The notes beneath the pieces were generated by a model. That model made no database searches. It saw only the letters and a list, made by a program, of their open reading frames with translations, and was not told the origin of the DNA. From the NCBI GenBank assembly GCA_963924565.1, contig OZ004613.1, positions 11,222,001-11,286,000 on the forward strand: DNA of 64,000 nucleotides, in the 5' to 3' direction. Of the stretch, positions 34,201 to 48,600 are shown in pieces. How positions within the stretch are numbered: the stretch's first letter is position 1; each line of letters opens with the position of its first letter. Made by a program: the position numbers and the translations under genes. The stretch comes from Ascidiella aspersa. Taxonomy: Eukaryota.

Positions 34201-37200
34201 ATTAAGACCAACGACGTAATAGAGCCTAAAACACAATATTATGCCTGAAAGTATAAAATCTAAATCGTTTCAATAAGATCTAAATTTGTCGAAATACAGC
34301 CTCGTTTAGGTTTCGACGTTTGAACGCCTTAGTTTGACAGGTGCCGTTAGGTCGCCGCCGTTTTGGCACAGGATTTTTGTCCCTTTATTGGTTAATGAGG
34401 GGTAATGGTGGGGTTTAAAAATTGGTTTAGGGTTAAGATTTTTAACAGGGTTAGTGATGCACCTCGGGTTGGGTTTGGGGTTAAGTAAAAGTTTGTATAG
34501 GTCAATCTGATCATTTAGGTCTTAGTCCTATGGGTTTAGGAATTATGCCGACTTAGGAGTTGTTGCGACTATTAGGTATTAGTCCTATTTTGGTCTCATT
34601 AAAAATTTATATTTTATTCAGACTTAAATGTTAGTTTTATTTTGTTCTTATGGACTCCGAAACGCTCTCACTAGATTAACGAGTCCATACATTTGATTTT
34701 TTAGCATGAAAAGCAAAGTTATGTTGTTTACTGACGGTAGTTTTCAGTTTTAACGCAATTTTACATTCGTCTCCAACATGGTACACAGCTGCATTGTTCC
34801 AAGTGTTCCACTGTCTAATTTTTTGTACAAGACAATAACACAAGTAAGTTTGTGCCGTAATTCTAATATTAGCAAAAATCAGTTTTTTAATGTAAAAAAC
34901 ATGCATTAGACAAGCACCAATTTACTCTGTCGCGACATCTTGTGTTAAGGAAATCCTTTTTGGGGCATTAAGCTTATAGTTGGTTTGGTGTATTAATTTT
35001 TTTAAATGGAAGTTTAAATGGAACTAAGACTCTCACATAGATTTACCATCAATGAAACCTTTAAAACGCCCACTTGACACATAAACTGAAGTTAAATTCA
35101 GATACGAGTTGACTCAAACATCTAGAATATCTGTTAAGGTTAAGGGATACCTTTTCGGGAAAATGTGCTGACAATGCCATCATATGTGGGCCTAGCAAAT
35201 ATGACATCAGTCCAAAACTATCAATTTATGGTAAAAACAAAGGAGAAGTTTGGTGCTACAGGCTTTGTTGGAGGAAAAGTGTTTTCGAAAAATGGAACTT
35301 TTAAACAAAGTTTGTTGAAACGTTTGCTCGGGATGTAAATGCGATGATTCAACATCTTAATAGCGTGTTCGCCTGATTGCGAGAGTTTCCCGTTATGTAG
35401 CGACAAGCATATGGTCGCAACTCGTTGCCTGGTGGATATAGCTGTTTGCAAAAAACGACATTCGTGAAAAACGTGCGATCCTGATAAGAGCCTGTCCGCA
35501 TTAAATTAAGTCAACTAAAATTAATCTCGCGAATAAAATTAATCTAGCACAACAATCAGTCCACTTATACCATATCATAAAGTTACATTTAAAAATTAAG
35601 CGCAACATTTTCAGAGATAAAAGGATCAACGTATTTTCCATAACATGACTGAAAGAACAGCAATTAGTTGCGTTTTATTAGGTAAATTGTTTTAATTAGT
35701 GTCTATAGGATTAAATATATGTATTATACCCATTTTGCCAATGTATTGTCGTGTTCCAAATAAATTTCTTTTTTGCTAGCAGTGCGCCTTTAGAGCTATA
35801 GAAAATAATTGCTATTTAAATATCTACGGTTTATTACGATTAAGACGTGTTAAGATTAAGAAACGATACCACACAAATATGCTCTTGTGCATTTTTTCCA
35901 GAGCATAACAACAAACCAGCCTACACCTAAACCACACTTTTTCAACTGAAATGTAATTTTATTGCCTTGTGACTGCATAGACGAAAGGGTGTTTTTGTGC
36001 CAACGTTCGGCTGTGCACAGCAAATTATTTGGCGCAGTGTTGATAACAAACAACCAGGGTTTTGGGCAGTTTTTCAACTAGTAGTTTTTTAACTTGAAAA
36101 TGCGATTTAGGGGACAAGAATTGTTATCGTCGAAAATTCGAGCTACCAATAAGCATAATGGTTATACTGAAAGTAAGAACATTGAGTTTATCCGTTGAAA
36201 AATATTTTGCCTTACGTTTTGAAAGTGTTTATGATTACTGTTTCAAATATAATGTTGAGTGTCGTAACTACTCAAATGTAAAAATGCCCCTAAGTACAAC
36301 ATTGCAGGTTGTGAAATAACGTTACGCGTTTAACCTAGAAATTTGTTTTGATGATATGTAAAACATATGCTATATCTGCAGAACATGAATAATGGTTAAA
36401 CAAGGCGCTTTACGAAAAAAACTTCTTGCAGCGCCTTCCTCGGGATGTAAATGCGATGACTAAAATCTTGATAGCGTCTTCGCTATTCTCGAGGGTTTAT
36501 CGTTATGTAGCGATGAACATATGGTCGCAACTCGTTGCATGATGGGTAGACAAAACTGTTTGTAAAAAATGACATTCGTCAAAAACATGCGATCCTGACA
36601 AGATCCTGTCCGCATTAAATTAAGTCAACTTAAATGAATTCTTGCGAATAAAATTAATCTAGCACAACAGTCAGTCCACTTAAAAACTTTTTCAGAGACA
36701 TAAGGATCAACGTACTCTCCATAACAAGACTGGAAGAACAGCAATTAGTTGCGTTTTATTAGATAAATTTTATTAATCAGTGACCATAGGATTACATACA
36801 TGTATTATACCTTTTTGCCAATGTATTGTCGTGTTCGCATTAAATTTCTTTTTTGCTAGCATTGAGTCTTTAGTGCTATAGAAAATAGTTGCGATTTAAA
36901 TATCTACGGTTTATTACGATTAAGACGTGTTAAGATCGAGAAACGCTACAACACGAAGATGCTTCTGTCAAAGCATACGTTTCCAGCGACCCGTTCTTCC
37001 TCCTAGGGTTGAATTTTGTTCCAGGACATAACAACAAACCAGCCTACACCTAAACCATACTTGCATAATGGTTAAACTGAAAGTAAAAACATTTAATTTA
37101 TTCGTTAAAACATTTTGCGTTGTGTTTGGAAAGTGTTTACGATTACTGATTTAAATATTTACGTTGATTGCCGTTACTTACATTAAATGTGAAATTAGTC

Positions 37201-40200
37201 CTAAGTAAAACATTTAAAGTTGCGAAATAACTTTACGCGTTTAACCTAGAATTTTGTTTTGATAATATAAAACATACGCTATATCTCCAGGATGTGAATG
37301 ATGGTTAAACAGGACGCTTTAGAAAAAAGTTTCTTGCAGCGATTTCCTCGGGATGTTAATGCGATGACTATACCATAAATGCGATGACTACCATCTCGAC
37401 CGTTTCTTCGCCAATCTCGGCGAATTTTGTTTTCTGCGATTGGAAGACATGTTGGGTCCGATAACTCTCTTCTCATTCTATAGCAATAAACATTTAGTCG
37501 CAATAAGTCGTTGGTAAAAAGGAGCAAATGTGCAAGCGATGTTTTCTTGGCAAGTAACTTTAAACAATACAAGTTGTAAAATTCTCCATATAAGTTTAAC
37601 TAATAAATGTTGTCTATTTTCTTTTTCCCTTTGAATTTAACGTCTACTGAAATTGTTCTTATAATGACAACTTTTTAAGCGCGACGATTATGCTACAAAT
37701 AAGTTATACATATGATTATACGGTGCTACTACATTCTGTTGCTTTGCAAAACTGTTGTTGGTTTGACAGCATTGTACAGAGCTGTCTTTAACATACCGGT
37801 ATTAACAAATATCAAGATTTAGGTTATTATATTTCAATCAAAGGCTTTGTTTCAATACAAAGGTGCTTTCCTCGAGCATCGTTTTCCAGAAAAAAAAATA
37901 TTCATGTATATTTGCACCAACATGTTTTATTGACCTCGATTTTAAATTATAAATCTTTTTCAAATAATTGGACTTAAATATGTGGAAAACAGTCTTGAGA
38001 CAATACTATTCCATTAAAAAACTCGGTTTGATTTATAAACAAAGGACGTCTATAGTGAACAGATTTGTCTTGAAGAGTGATGCGTCATAAGCATTTAATT
38101 TTATTGCTTTAAATGTGAATGTCATTGTTACATCTCCGGAGCGCGTAAATGGCGAAGCGAGCTGAGTGTAACAGATATGTATTCGAAGTCATTAACATAT
38201 CAATTATGACATATATAGGTGTGCTTAAATGTTGCCTAACAGCCATAAAATGGCAGCCAATATTGAATATACAATAAATTTCCCCATGAAATCACCATTT
38301 AATTTGCACAAAAACCAAAAAGTGGTGGTCAAAAGATTAATTAAGCACACATATTGGGATTTACCATCGAAAACTATAGACATCAAACTAAGGACAAGAG
38401 AATATTTATAACAGATATCAGCAAAATTTGGCGAATGTTTATCGTAAACTTTGTTATTATTTATACAGATGCGCTGAAAGTAAAATGTAAGACCATGATA
38501 GAGTTTAAGTATACCGTAACAAACAATCAATATTTCAATTTTTTTAGATCCTATATTTCAACCGATGCTACACGACAAAATATGCCAAGTCAACTGAATG
38601 GGATAAATAAGGGGTGGTCCCTCGAAATAGAACGCTTAAAGAGGAGTTGGTAAAGTGCTCGCTGGAGATGCGAATATGTTGACTATCATCTCGAACGTGC
38701 CTGTGTCAAACTAGGACTTTGGGGTCATGGTTGGTGCCCAGTGTTTTATAAAATCGTACGAATTTGCGCTTTCTAACTGGATTTTTAATAGCCCAAACTC
38801 CATTGGACCAACGCCAACCCTTTAGGTTTGGCGCCTGTTGTACTGTATCACATTTAAGTTTGGCTTTAAGCTTTGGCCAACCCTTTCAAGTTTTAGATTT
38901 AAAAAAGTTTACCGAAGGCTGTTGTACTGTATAGTGTAGTGTCACTTGCAATATGCTTCTTGTTTTGCCAAGCTAAACACGAATCTACAATCACGCTAAC
39001 GTCCTGTAGTGCCAGCAGCTTACGTCCCATGAGTTAGGGGTGACGATGTGTTTAGTTCTCATAACAGGAAAATACAAGCTATACTTCACAACAAAGTGTT
39101 TCCTTTTAGTCGACGAAAAAGTTCGTCCGCGATTGGCGAAGACTCTGTGGTGGTGTTGGTCATTTCATTCACATCCCAATTTTCTAAAAATTTTAAAAGA
39201 CGAAACCAACAATCTAAGTAGCGTACTATATTAACATAAAACAACAACAAACATACGGTTACCAAAATCGTGGTTATTTAAGTTTTCAAAATGTAATTGA
39301 CCGCAGTGTTATCAAGGTACAAAATATTTAGAATGATTATTTGCCTTCATTGAAAAATATCTAAGACTGTCTTCATTATAACTGAAGACATTTTTAAATG
39401 TTACTGTCGCAACACCAAACAATATTACCGCGGTTGGTCAAAACACTGTCGAGATTATTCGAAGCAAAGGCAGCATACAACCCTGTTCTTAATCGTTTGT
39501 CGTCGCGAGATCTGCAATATTGTTATCCCTCAAATACTCTTATGCGTCCCATATCATGCTGCAGCGTGAACGACAGTCTATTCTATGTATCCTCGATTAA
39601 AATAATGATCTATTTCGAGGCGGTAATTTTATTATGAATTAGAAGACAAAGGTCTTGTCGCCCTAATCAGTTTTAAAATAAGACCTAAAAGGCATCAATC
39701 TTAAGCAGAAGAATCTATAATATTTAGTATTAAGACTAACGACATAATAAAGCCAAATACACAATAATGGTAGGAATTGGAAATTGGTTAGGGTTAAAAT
39801 TATTAGGAGGGTTAGTGGTGTAGGCTACTTAGCGGTGGGGTTTAGTAAAAGCTTGTATAGTCGCTTTGCAATATGTTGCGGGATTTTTACAATAACTCTT
39901 AGTTCACTACAGCAATATCGCATGTGTCAAGATTCGGCGATATGTTTGTAGCTATACAGAAAGGAAGAGAGATCACAACCCACAACAAAATCTTCCTGTC
40001 GCAGAAGTTAAATATACCTACACGATTTACCAAGAAGTGGTATCGTGATGTTACTCATTGCATTCGCATCATGAGAAAGCGTATCAATGTACTTTGTGGA
40101 AAACATCTTGTTTCGCGAGAGGATCGCTCGCCTGCTGTATCCTGCAAACACAGATTGTTGTACTCAGCTTACTATGTCCTCTTAATGGTGTGACACACTA

Positions 40201-41211
40201 TACGAACCCACAGAATAAATTATTAAATAGTTTTTTTTACTGTAAACATCAAGAGTAAACGTTTTAGAAAAATAGTCACCGGAAAATATAGATTTTAAAT
40301 TTGGAATGCAAAGTATCGTAGGCTTAATACAGCCTAAAAGTTCTAAGATAAACAAATAGTTAAAAAAAAAAAAATCTTGATTTGTTTGCATTGAATAATC
40401 GTGTCGGTATTAAAATATTTACAATTCCAACGGGAACGTCACAAAATAATTCCATTGTTTGATTTATAAGTTGTCTATAAGTTAACCAGGGACCGTTTCA
40501 GAAACAGTACACCAAAATTAATTAATGAAAAATATGCGTTTTTCTGCTACAGTAATAAAAAATAGTTTTAAAAATAGCGCAAACTCCCACATAATCATAA
40601 TCGCATTTGTTAATGTTTAACACATTTATGTGTTGCACAAATATAAATTGTCGTGGGAAATTGAAAACAATAACGAAAACAAAATAATAATTAACTTATT
40701 TGTTCTGGAAAATTAGGATTGAACAAATCTCATGTTCAATGAATCTATTAACTGTGATTTTTGTCAAACATACTGTTCACATAAATCATTTTTGCGAAAT
40801 AGGCTTTTGAATTTATAACTTGTGGATAACGAAGTATGAATGCGGCTGAAGTGATTTGTTTTCATTTCACTTACTTTTGCTGGGCGAACTGACTTACACT
40901 TTCTCGATCGACCCAGCAGGAAAATAAAGACATATAAGCCCTTTTTTCTAACTCATACAAAACTCTTTTTTCTCCCAGCGCAAGCCCTATCGGATGTTGC
41001 TATGAACAGCTGGCTACTGAGATACACAAGGAAAAACAAATATTTTCCTGTTTAACGCTATATAAGTGGCCCATCAGCATCAGATAATCAGCGCATCCAT
41101 CTCAAGCCAACGTTTGAGTGAACAGCGCTCAAAGTGTTGAAATTATAAATTGTTCAGCGTTATGCCAAACAATTTTGTAATATTTGAATTGTTTTAGATT
41201 ATTCAGGAACC

Positions 41212-41278
41212 ATGAATAAGCTAACTGTTTTCGCTCTTCTTTTTGCTGTTCTTTTGTTGGCTGATGTCGACGCCTGGG

Positions 41279-41317
<39 letters not shown>

Positions 41318-42054
41318 ATCTTGTGAGAAGAATCGTCCGTATTGGTTGCAGCTTGAACAAATATTGCAGAACTGGGCGCACAATTTACAGAATCGGACGC
41401 AGAATTTTCCGTGCGTTCGGGTGAGTAAAATAATTATATTTTGTAAGAGTTTGTTTAGAGTTGTTAATGTGAAACCCAAGTAAGTTTGTGTGGCCTAAAG
41501 TTAGAATAAAAACAAACAAATATGTTTTGTAAATAATTTTGAATAGTCCTGACATATAACCTACCTAAGCAAGGACGTTTTGTCAATTTGTTTAAAGAGT
41601 GAGAAATTGTTTACATTTATTATATTTTACAACTATTTTCTTTGAATTTGCAGTGATGAAGAAATGCAGCAAGAACAAGAAATGTTAGGTTGGTCCAAAC
41701 ACTGTTTATATTGTAGTTTTATGTTACCTTGTAGTTTTGAATGAAATATTAGGATCAATTTTCTTTGTACATTGAGGACACGAATCAAATGAGCTACTAA
41801 GTTAGTTTCAACAATAGTTTACTAAATCTTTTTAATGAACCGTTTTTATTTCTAAATTTAGTAAAAGTTTGAAGAGTGAGTAAAGATTTGGCAATATTTT
41901 AATGTATTTTGAGGCTTTGTTTCAACATAAAAGAAATAAGACAACATATTTAATTTACACAGACACAGCTGACTTCGTAGAGGAAGAACCTGTTGACTTC
42001 GTAGAGGAAGACATTGTGGATGAACCCGAAATGGAAGAAGTTGTCCAGGAATAA
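41212..42054 (+). CDS. Putative antimicrobial peptide precursor, copy 3 (exons 41212-41420, 41654-41688, 41963-42054; 111 aa)
   Basis: Same structure; Arg tract of 12. Confidence 0.85.
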
Positions 42055-45000
42055 ATACAACGTAAACACCTATAGTTTGTTATCTTATTTTTTATTATAA
42101 AACAAGTTGTACTTACGTCTGGTGATTTTTCTGTTTTGTAAACAATCAGTTAAACATATAACAAATAAATTCCTTTATAATGATGCTAAAGAACAGTACA
42201 ACGTTACTGGAGAAACGCCAGTAATTTTAATCATACACATTTAATTGTTTTTTTATATTTTAGATGGAACCGAAAAACGACAAGATCTCAATGGAATTGT
42301 TTTTATTTGGCTTTAAAAACTACAAATAAACTGCATTTAAAATCATCAGTGCTGTTGTATGATACTATATTGTAGTCCCAATATTTATAGTAAAAGGCCT
42401 ATTTAAGACATTAGAATTACCGCAAAAATATCCTCGTGAGTTGTAACACAGAAGGGCAGAAATTACTTGTTCTAAATATTGCGACTCTTCAGAAAGAAGC
42501 AATATAAGCAATATTGTAAATTAAACACTAATTTGGTCAAGTTATTAAGAAAACTTTCTATTGAGATAAAAAAAAAGATTTAAATCCGAGAAACAAATAA
42601 TACACGTATAAAATGTATTACAAGTTATACACTGATAATAAGTAATTAAAATTCGCTCAATTGATCAAATTACCATAGTGTTATAAACATTTTTACCAAT
42701 AAAATAAAGCACTTTAGAAAACAAATATTTTAACACTTAATTTCAAAAGAATGAACATAGCTAATATTCCTGTTAATAAAATGCAGACCTGTGTCAACAA
42801 AATCTTTTTTAATTAGAAAATAGTTTTTTTTCTAAAATTTTACTTAAATTATAGCACTTTCAAAAAAGAATTCCACTAAAATTATAAAAATAACTAGTTT
42901 CAGAGTTTAAATAAAACAACAACTTTTGTGTTTATTATGAATCTCGTATTTCAATCACAAAATTAAGGCGAAATAAAAAAACAATTCATCAAAATATGTT
43001 TAACGAGGTAGATATATTAATAACAATATTATTATTTGTCATGAAGCAAAACAGTCTTTACAGTGATATGGGTGTCTTCACATTTCACAAATCCCTGAAT
43101 CTCTTATAATAACTGGCAAAGTTTGTCCGCAGGTTGCCGATTTATTGTCTCCGGCATATGTTCGCCTGTCGGTCGCCGGCATGTCGTCTTAGAGAGACAG
43201 ATAGAGCAACGTCGCTCACAATGCTCCTTCCTAAGTGAGAAGCGAGGAGATGGGTAAATTAGAAAGTAAGCCATGTGCTAACAGATAGAAAAATATTAGG
43301 CTCTTTTTACAAGAAAAAGCCAGATCAATAAAGAGGAGTTCAGTAAAGTTTTAAGGATGCGTATATGTTGACCAACATCTGGATCATGCCGTCTCCAATC
43401 TCGGGAAGATAAGATTTGCCTCAACAGGAACATCTTGGTTATGAAGTGCTAAGACTCTGCCCGTCCTAAAGCGATAAACACTTATTCGCAATTTCAATTC
43501 GAGGAAGATGAATGTTTGCAAAGCACGATAATCCATTCTACAGCGATGGACATATTGCGGCTTTTGAGCTAATTGGGTATTATTGTTGCCAAATCAGGAT
43601 GTGTGCGACATTGTTAAAGCGGAATCGTGTAGTTTTAGCTGACGCCAAACAAGTGATTTAGCTTTAAACAAATATATCAGCCGGATATATATAATAATAA
43701 TTATTTGAATTTGCGACTCTGAAAAGTTAAATTTTTGTGAAGCCTAGTATGTCTTTGTGCATTCCAAACGAATTTTATTTTCCGTCTTTACTGCTGACCA
43801 TTGTATTTGATAGAAACAGTATTGTAATTGTTTTAATCATAGTAACACAAACACAAAAACAAACTTAACAAGTATTATCAATAAAGATGTAAATGTGAAT
43901 AGCCATACATAATGAATTACTAATAATCAACACAAATGAATTAAAGACTCGGAAATACCTATCTATCTAGAAAAAAAAACTTTGCACGAGGCCGTTAGTA
44001 ATTTATTTCGCTCTTTGTGAGATGCTATTTTCGCCTTTAGTTTTTTGGGATCATGGTTGGTGCCGTGTGGATATTAATTTTGTTTTCGCCTTCGCACGAA
44101 CGAATTTCCGCTTTCGTTTTAAATAAATTTTGACCCATTTTTAATAGCCAAAACTTTATTGGACCGCACCTTACCAATAGTTGTTGCATTTAAATCTTTG
44201 ACAAGTAAACGTTTGAGCAACGAAAATGTCATTTAAATTTGCTAAGGCCCTACGAGATCTTTTAAGTAGTGTTATTATGGTACAAAATATTTGCCTCCAC
44301 TGACAAATAATAAAGATTTTATTTTCTATAAAAATAAGGAATTTTGCAACACCAAACAACACTCTTATGCGTCCCATCGCTTGGTGCAGTTTCAGCGATA
44401 GCCTAAACTTTGCAGCTATGATCAAAACAAAATCTTAGTTTAATGAGATCATTTTGTTACAAATTATAATACGAAAGTTTTATCGTCATAATCAGTTTTA
44501 AAGGTCGTCTTCATATTATATTTTCAGCCTACCATTGTTGTAATCAAAGCCGGGAACACATAAAAAGACCTAAGGCAAAAAAGCAGAATAATTTATAATA
44601 CCATATTATTAAGACCAGCGACGTAATAGAGCCTAAAACACAATATTATGCCTGAAAGTATGAAATCTAAATCGTTTCAATAAGATCTAAATTTGTCGAA
44701 ATACAGCCTAAAGGGAAAAATAACCGTTTAGGTTTCGACGTTTGAACGCCTTAGTTTGAAAGGTGCCGTTAGGGCGCCGCCGTTTTGGCACAGGATTTTT
44801 GTCCCTTTATTGGTTAATGAGGGGTAATGGTGGGGTTTAAAAATTGGTTTAGGGTTAAAATTTTTAACAGGGTTAGTGATGCACCTCGGGTTGGGTTTGG
44901 GGTTAGGTAAAAGTTTGTATAGGCCAATCTGATCATTTAGGTCTTAGTCCTATGGGGATAGGAATTATGCCGACTTAGGCGTTGTTGCGAATATAAGGTG

Positions 45001-45695
45001 TTAGTCCTATTTTGGTCTTATTAAAAATTGTATTTTATTCAGGCTTAAATGTTGGTTTTATTTTGTTCTTATGGACTCCTAAACGTTCTCACTAGATTAA
45101 CGAGTCCATACATTTGATTTTTTAGCATGAAAAGCAAAGTTATGTTGTTTACTGACGGTAGTTTTCAGTTTTAACGCAATTTTACATTCGGCTCCAACAT
45201 GGCACACAGATGCAGTGTTCCAAGTGTTCCACTGTCTAGTTTTTTGTACAAGACAATAACACAAGTAAGTTTGTGCCGTAATTCTAATATTAGCAAAAAT
45301 CAGTTTTTAATGTAAAAACATGCATTAGACAAGCACAAATTTGCTCTGTCGCGACACCTTGTGTTAAGGAAATCCTTTTCTAGGGCATTAAGACTCTCAC
45401 ATAGATTTTCCATAAATGAAACCTTTAAAACGCCCACTTGACACATAAACTGTAGTTAAATTCAGATACGAGTTGACTCAAACATCTAGAATATCTGTTA
45501 AGGTTAAGGGATACCTTTTTGGAAAAATGTGCTGACAATGCCATCATATGTGGGCCAAACATATATGACATCAGTCCAAAACTATCAATTTATGTTAAAA
45601 ACAAAGGACAGAGAAGTTTGGTGCTACAGGCTTTGTTGGAGGAAAAGTGTTTTCGAAAAATGGAACTTTTAAACAAAGTTTGTTGAAACGTTTGC

Positions 45696-48600
45696 TCGGG
45701 ATGTAAATGCGATGATTAAACATCTTGATAGCGTGTTCGCCTGATCGCGATAGTTTCCCGTTATGTAGCGACAAACATATGGTCGCAACTCATTGCCTGG
45801 TGGATATAGCTGTTTGCAAAAAAACGACAATCCTGATAAGAGCCTGTCCGCATTAAATTAAGTCAACTAAAATTAATCTCGCGAATAAAATTAATCTAGC
45901 ACAACAATCAGTCCACTTATACCATATCATAAAGTTACATTTAAAAATTAAGCGCAACATTTTCAGAGATATAAGGATCAACGTATTTTCCATAACATGA
46001 CTGAAAGAACAGCAATTAGTTGCGTTTTATTAGGTAAATTGTTTTAATTAGTGTCTATAGGATTAAATATATGTATTATACCCATTTTGCCAATGTATTG
46101 TCGTGTTCGAAATAAATTTCTTTTTTGCTAGCAGTGCGCCTTTAGAGCTATAGAAAATAATTGCTATTTAAATATCTACGGTTTATCACGATTAAGACGT
46201 GTTAAGATTAAGAAACGATACCACACAAATATGCTCTTCTGCATTTTTTCCAGAGCATAACAACAAACCAGCCTACACCTAAACCACACTTTTTCAACTG
46301 AAATGTAATTTTATTGCCTTGTGACTGCATAGACGAAAGGGTGTTTTTGTGCCAACGTTCGGCTGTGCACAGCAAATTATTTGGCGCAGTGTTGATAACA
46401 AACAACCAGGGTTTTGGGCAGTTTTTCAACTAGTAGTTTTTTAACTTGAAAATGCGATTTAGGGGACAAGAATTGTTATCGTCGAAAATTCGAGCTATCA
46501 ATGAGCATAATGGTTAAACTGAAAGTAAGAACATTGAGTTCATCCGTTAAAAAATATTTTGCCTTACGTTTTGAAAGTGTTTATGATTACTGTTTTAAAT
46601 ATAATGTTGAGTGTCGTTACTACTCAAATGTAAAAATGCCCCTAAGTACAACATTGCAGGTTGTGAAATAACGTTACGCGTTTAACCTAGAAATTTGTTT
46701 TGATGATATATAAAACATATGCTATATCTGCAGAACATGAATAATGGTTAAACAAGGCGCTTTACGAAAAAAACTTCTTCCAGCGCCTTCCTCGGGATGT
46801 AAATGCGATGACTAAAATCTTGATAGCGTTTTCGCTATTCTCGACGGTTTATCGTTTATAGCCATGAACATATTGTCGCAACTCGTTGCATGATGGGAAG
46901 ACAAAACTGTTTGTAAAAAACGACATTCGTGAAAAACGTGCGATCCTGATAAGAGCCTGTCCGCATTAAATTAAGTCAACTAAAATTAATTCTTGCGAAT
47001 AAAATTAATCTGGCACAACAGTCAGTCCACTTATACCATATCATAAAGTTACATTTAAAAATTAAGCGCAACATTTTCAGAGATAAAAGGATCAACGTAT
47101 TTTCCATAACATGACTGAAAGAACAGCAATTAGTTGCGTTTTATTAGGTAAATTGTTTTAATTAGTGTCTATAGGATTAAATATATGTATTATACCCATT
47201 TTGCCAATGTATTGTCGTGTTCGAAATAAATTTCTTTTTTGCTAGCAGTGAGCATTTAAAGCTATAGAAAATAATTGCTATTTAAATATCTACGGTTTAT
47301 TACGATTAAGACGTGTTAAGATTAAGAAACGATACCACACAAATATGCTCTTGTGCATTTTTTCCAGGGCATAACAACAAACCAGCCTACACCTAAACCA
47401 TACTTTTTCAACTGAAATGTTATTTTATTGCCTTGTGACTGCATAGACGAAAGGGTGTTTTTGTGCCAACGTTCGGCTGTGCACAGCAAATTATTTGGCG
47501 CAGTGTTGATAACAAACAACCAGGGTTTTGGGCAGTTTTTCAACTAGTAGTTTTTTAACTTGAAAATGCGATTTAGGGGACAAGAATTGTTATCGTCGAA
47601 AATTCGAGCTACCAATAAGCATAATGGTTAAACTGAAAGTAAGAACATTGAGTTTATCCGTTGAAAAATATTTTGCCTTACGTTTTGAAAGTGTTTATGA
47701 TTACTGTTTCAAATATAATGTTGAGTGTCGTTACTACTCAAATGTAAAAATGCCCCTAAGTACAACATTGCAGGTTGTGAAATAACGTTACGCGTTTAAC
47801 CTAGAAATTTGTTTTGATGATATATAAAACATATGCTATATCTGCAGAACGTGAATAATGGTTAAACAAGGCGCTTTACGAAAAAAACTTCTTGCAGCGC
47901 CTTCCTCGGGATGTAATGCGATGACTAAAATCTTGATAGCGTTTTCGCTATTCTCGACGGTTTATCGTTTATAGCGATGAACATATTGTCGCAACTCGTT
48001 GCATGATGGGTAGACACAACTGTTTGTAAAAAATGACATTCGTCAAAAACATGCGATCCTGACAAGATCCTGTCCGCATTAAATTAAGTCAACTTAAATG
48101 AATTCTTGCGAATAAAATTAATCTAGCACAACAGTCAGTCCACTTATACCATATCATAAAGTTACATTTAAAAATTAAGCGCAACATTTTCAGGGATATA
48201 AGGATCAACGTATTTTCCATAACATGACTGAAAGAACAGCAATTAGTTGCGTTTTATGAGGTAAATTGTTTTAATTAGTGTCTATAGGATTAAATATATG
48301 TTTTATACCCATTTTGCCAATGTATTGTCGTGTTCGAAATAAATTTCTTTTTTGCTAGCAGTGCGCCTTTAAAGCTATAGAAAATAATTGCTATTTAAAT
48401 ATCTACGGTTTATTACGATTAAGACGTGTTAAGATTAAGAAACGATACCACACAAATATGCTCTTGTGCATTTTTTCCAGGGCATAACAACAAACCAGCC
48501 TACACCTAAACCATACTTTTTCAACTGAAATGTTATTTTATTGCCTTGTGACTGCATAGACGAAAGGGTGTTTTTATGCCAACGTTCGGCTGTGCACAGC

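Noticed and set aside
37279-37572. GPCR TM7-like pseudogene fragments (NxLLRxxVYCYRMR; also 51006, 24668)
   Set aside because: No NPxxY or other helices; the frame is not kept between copies; it derives from the recurrent non-coding motif.
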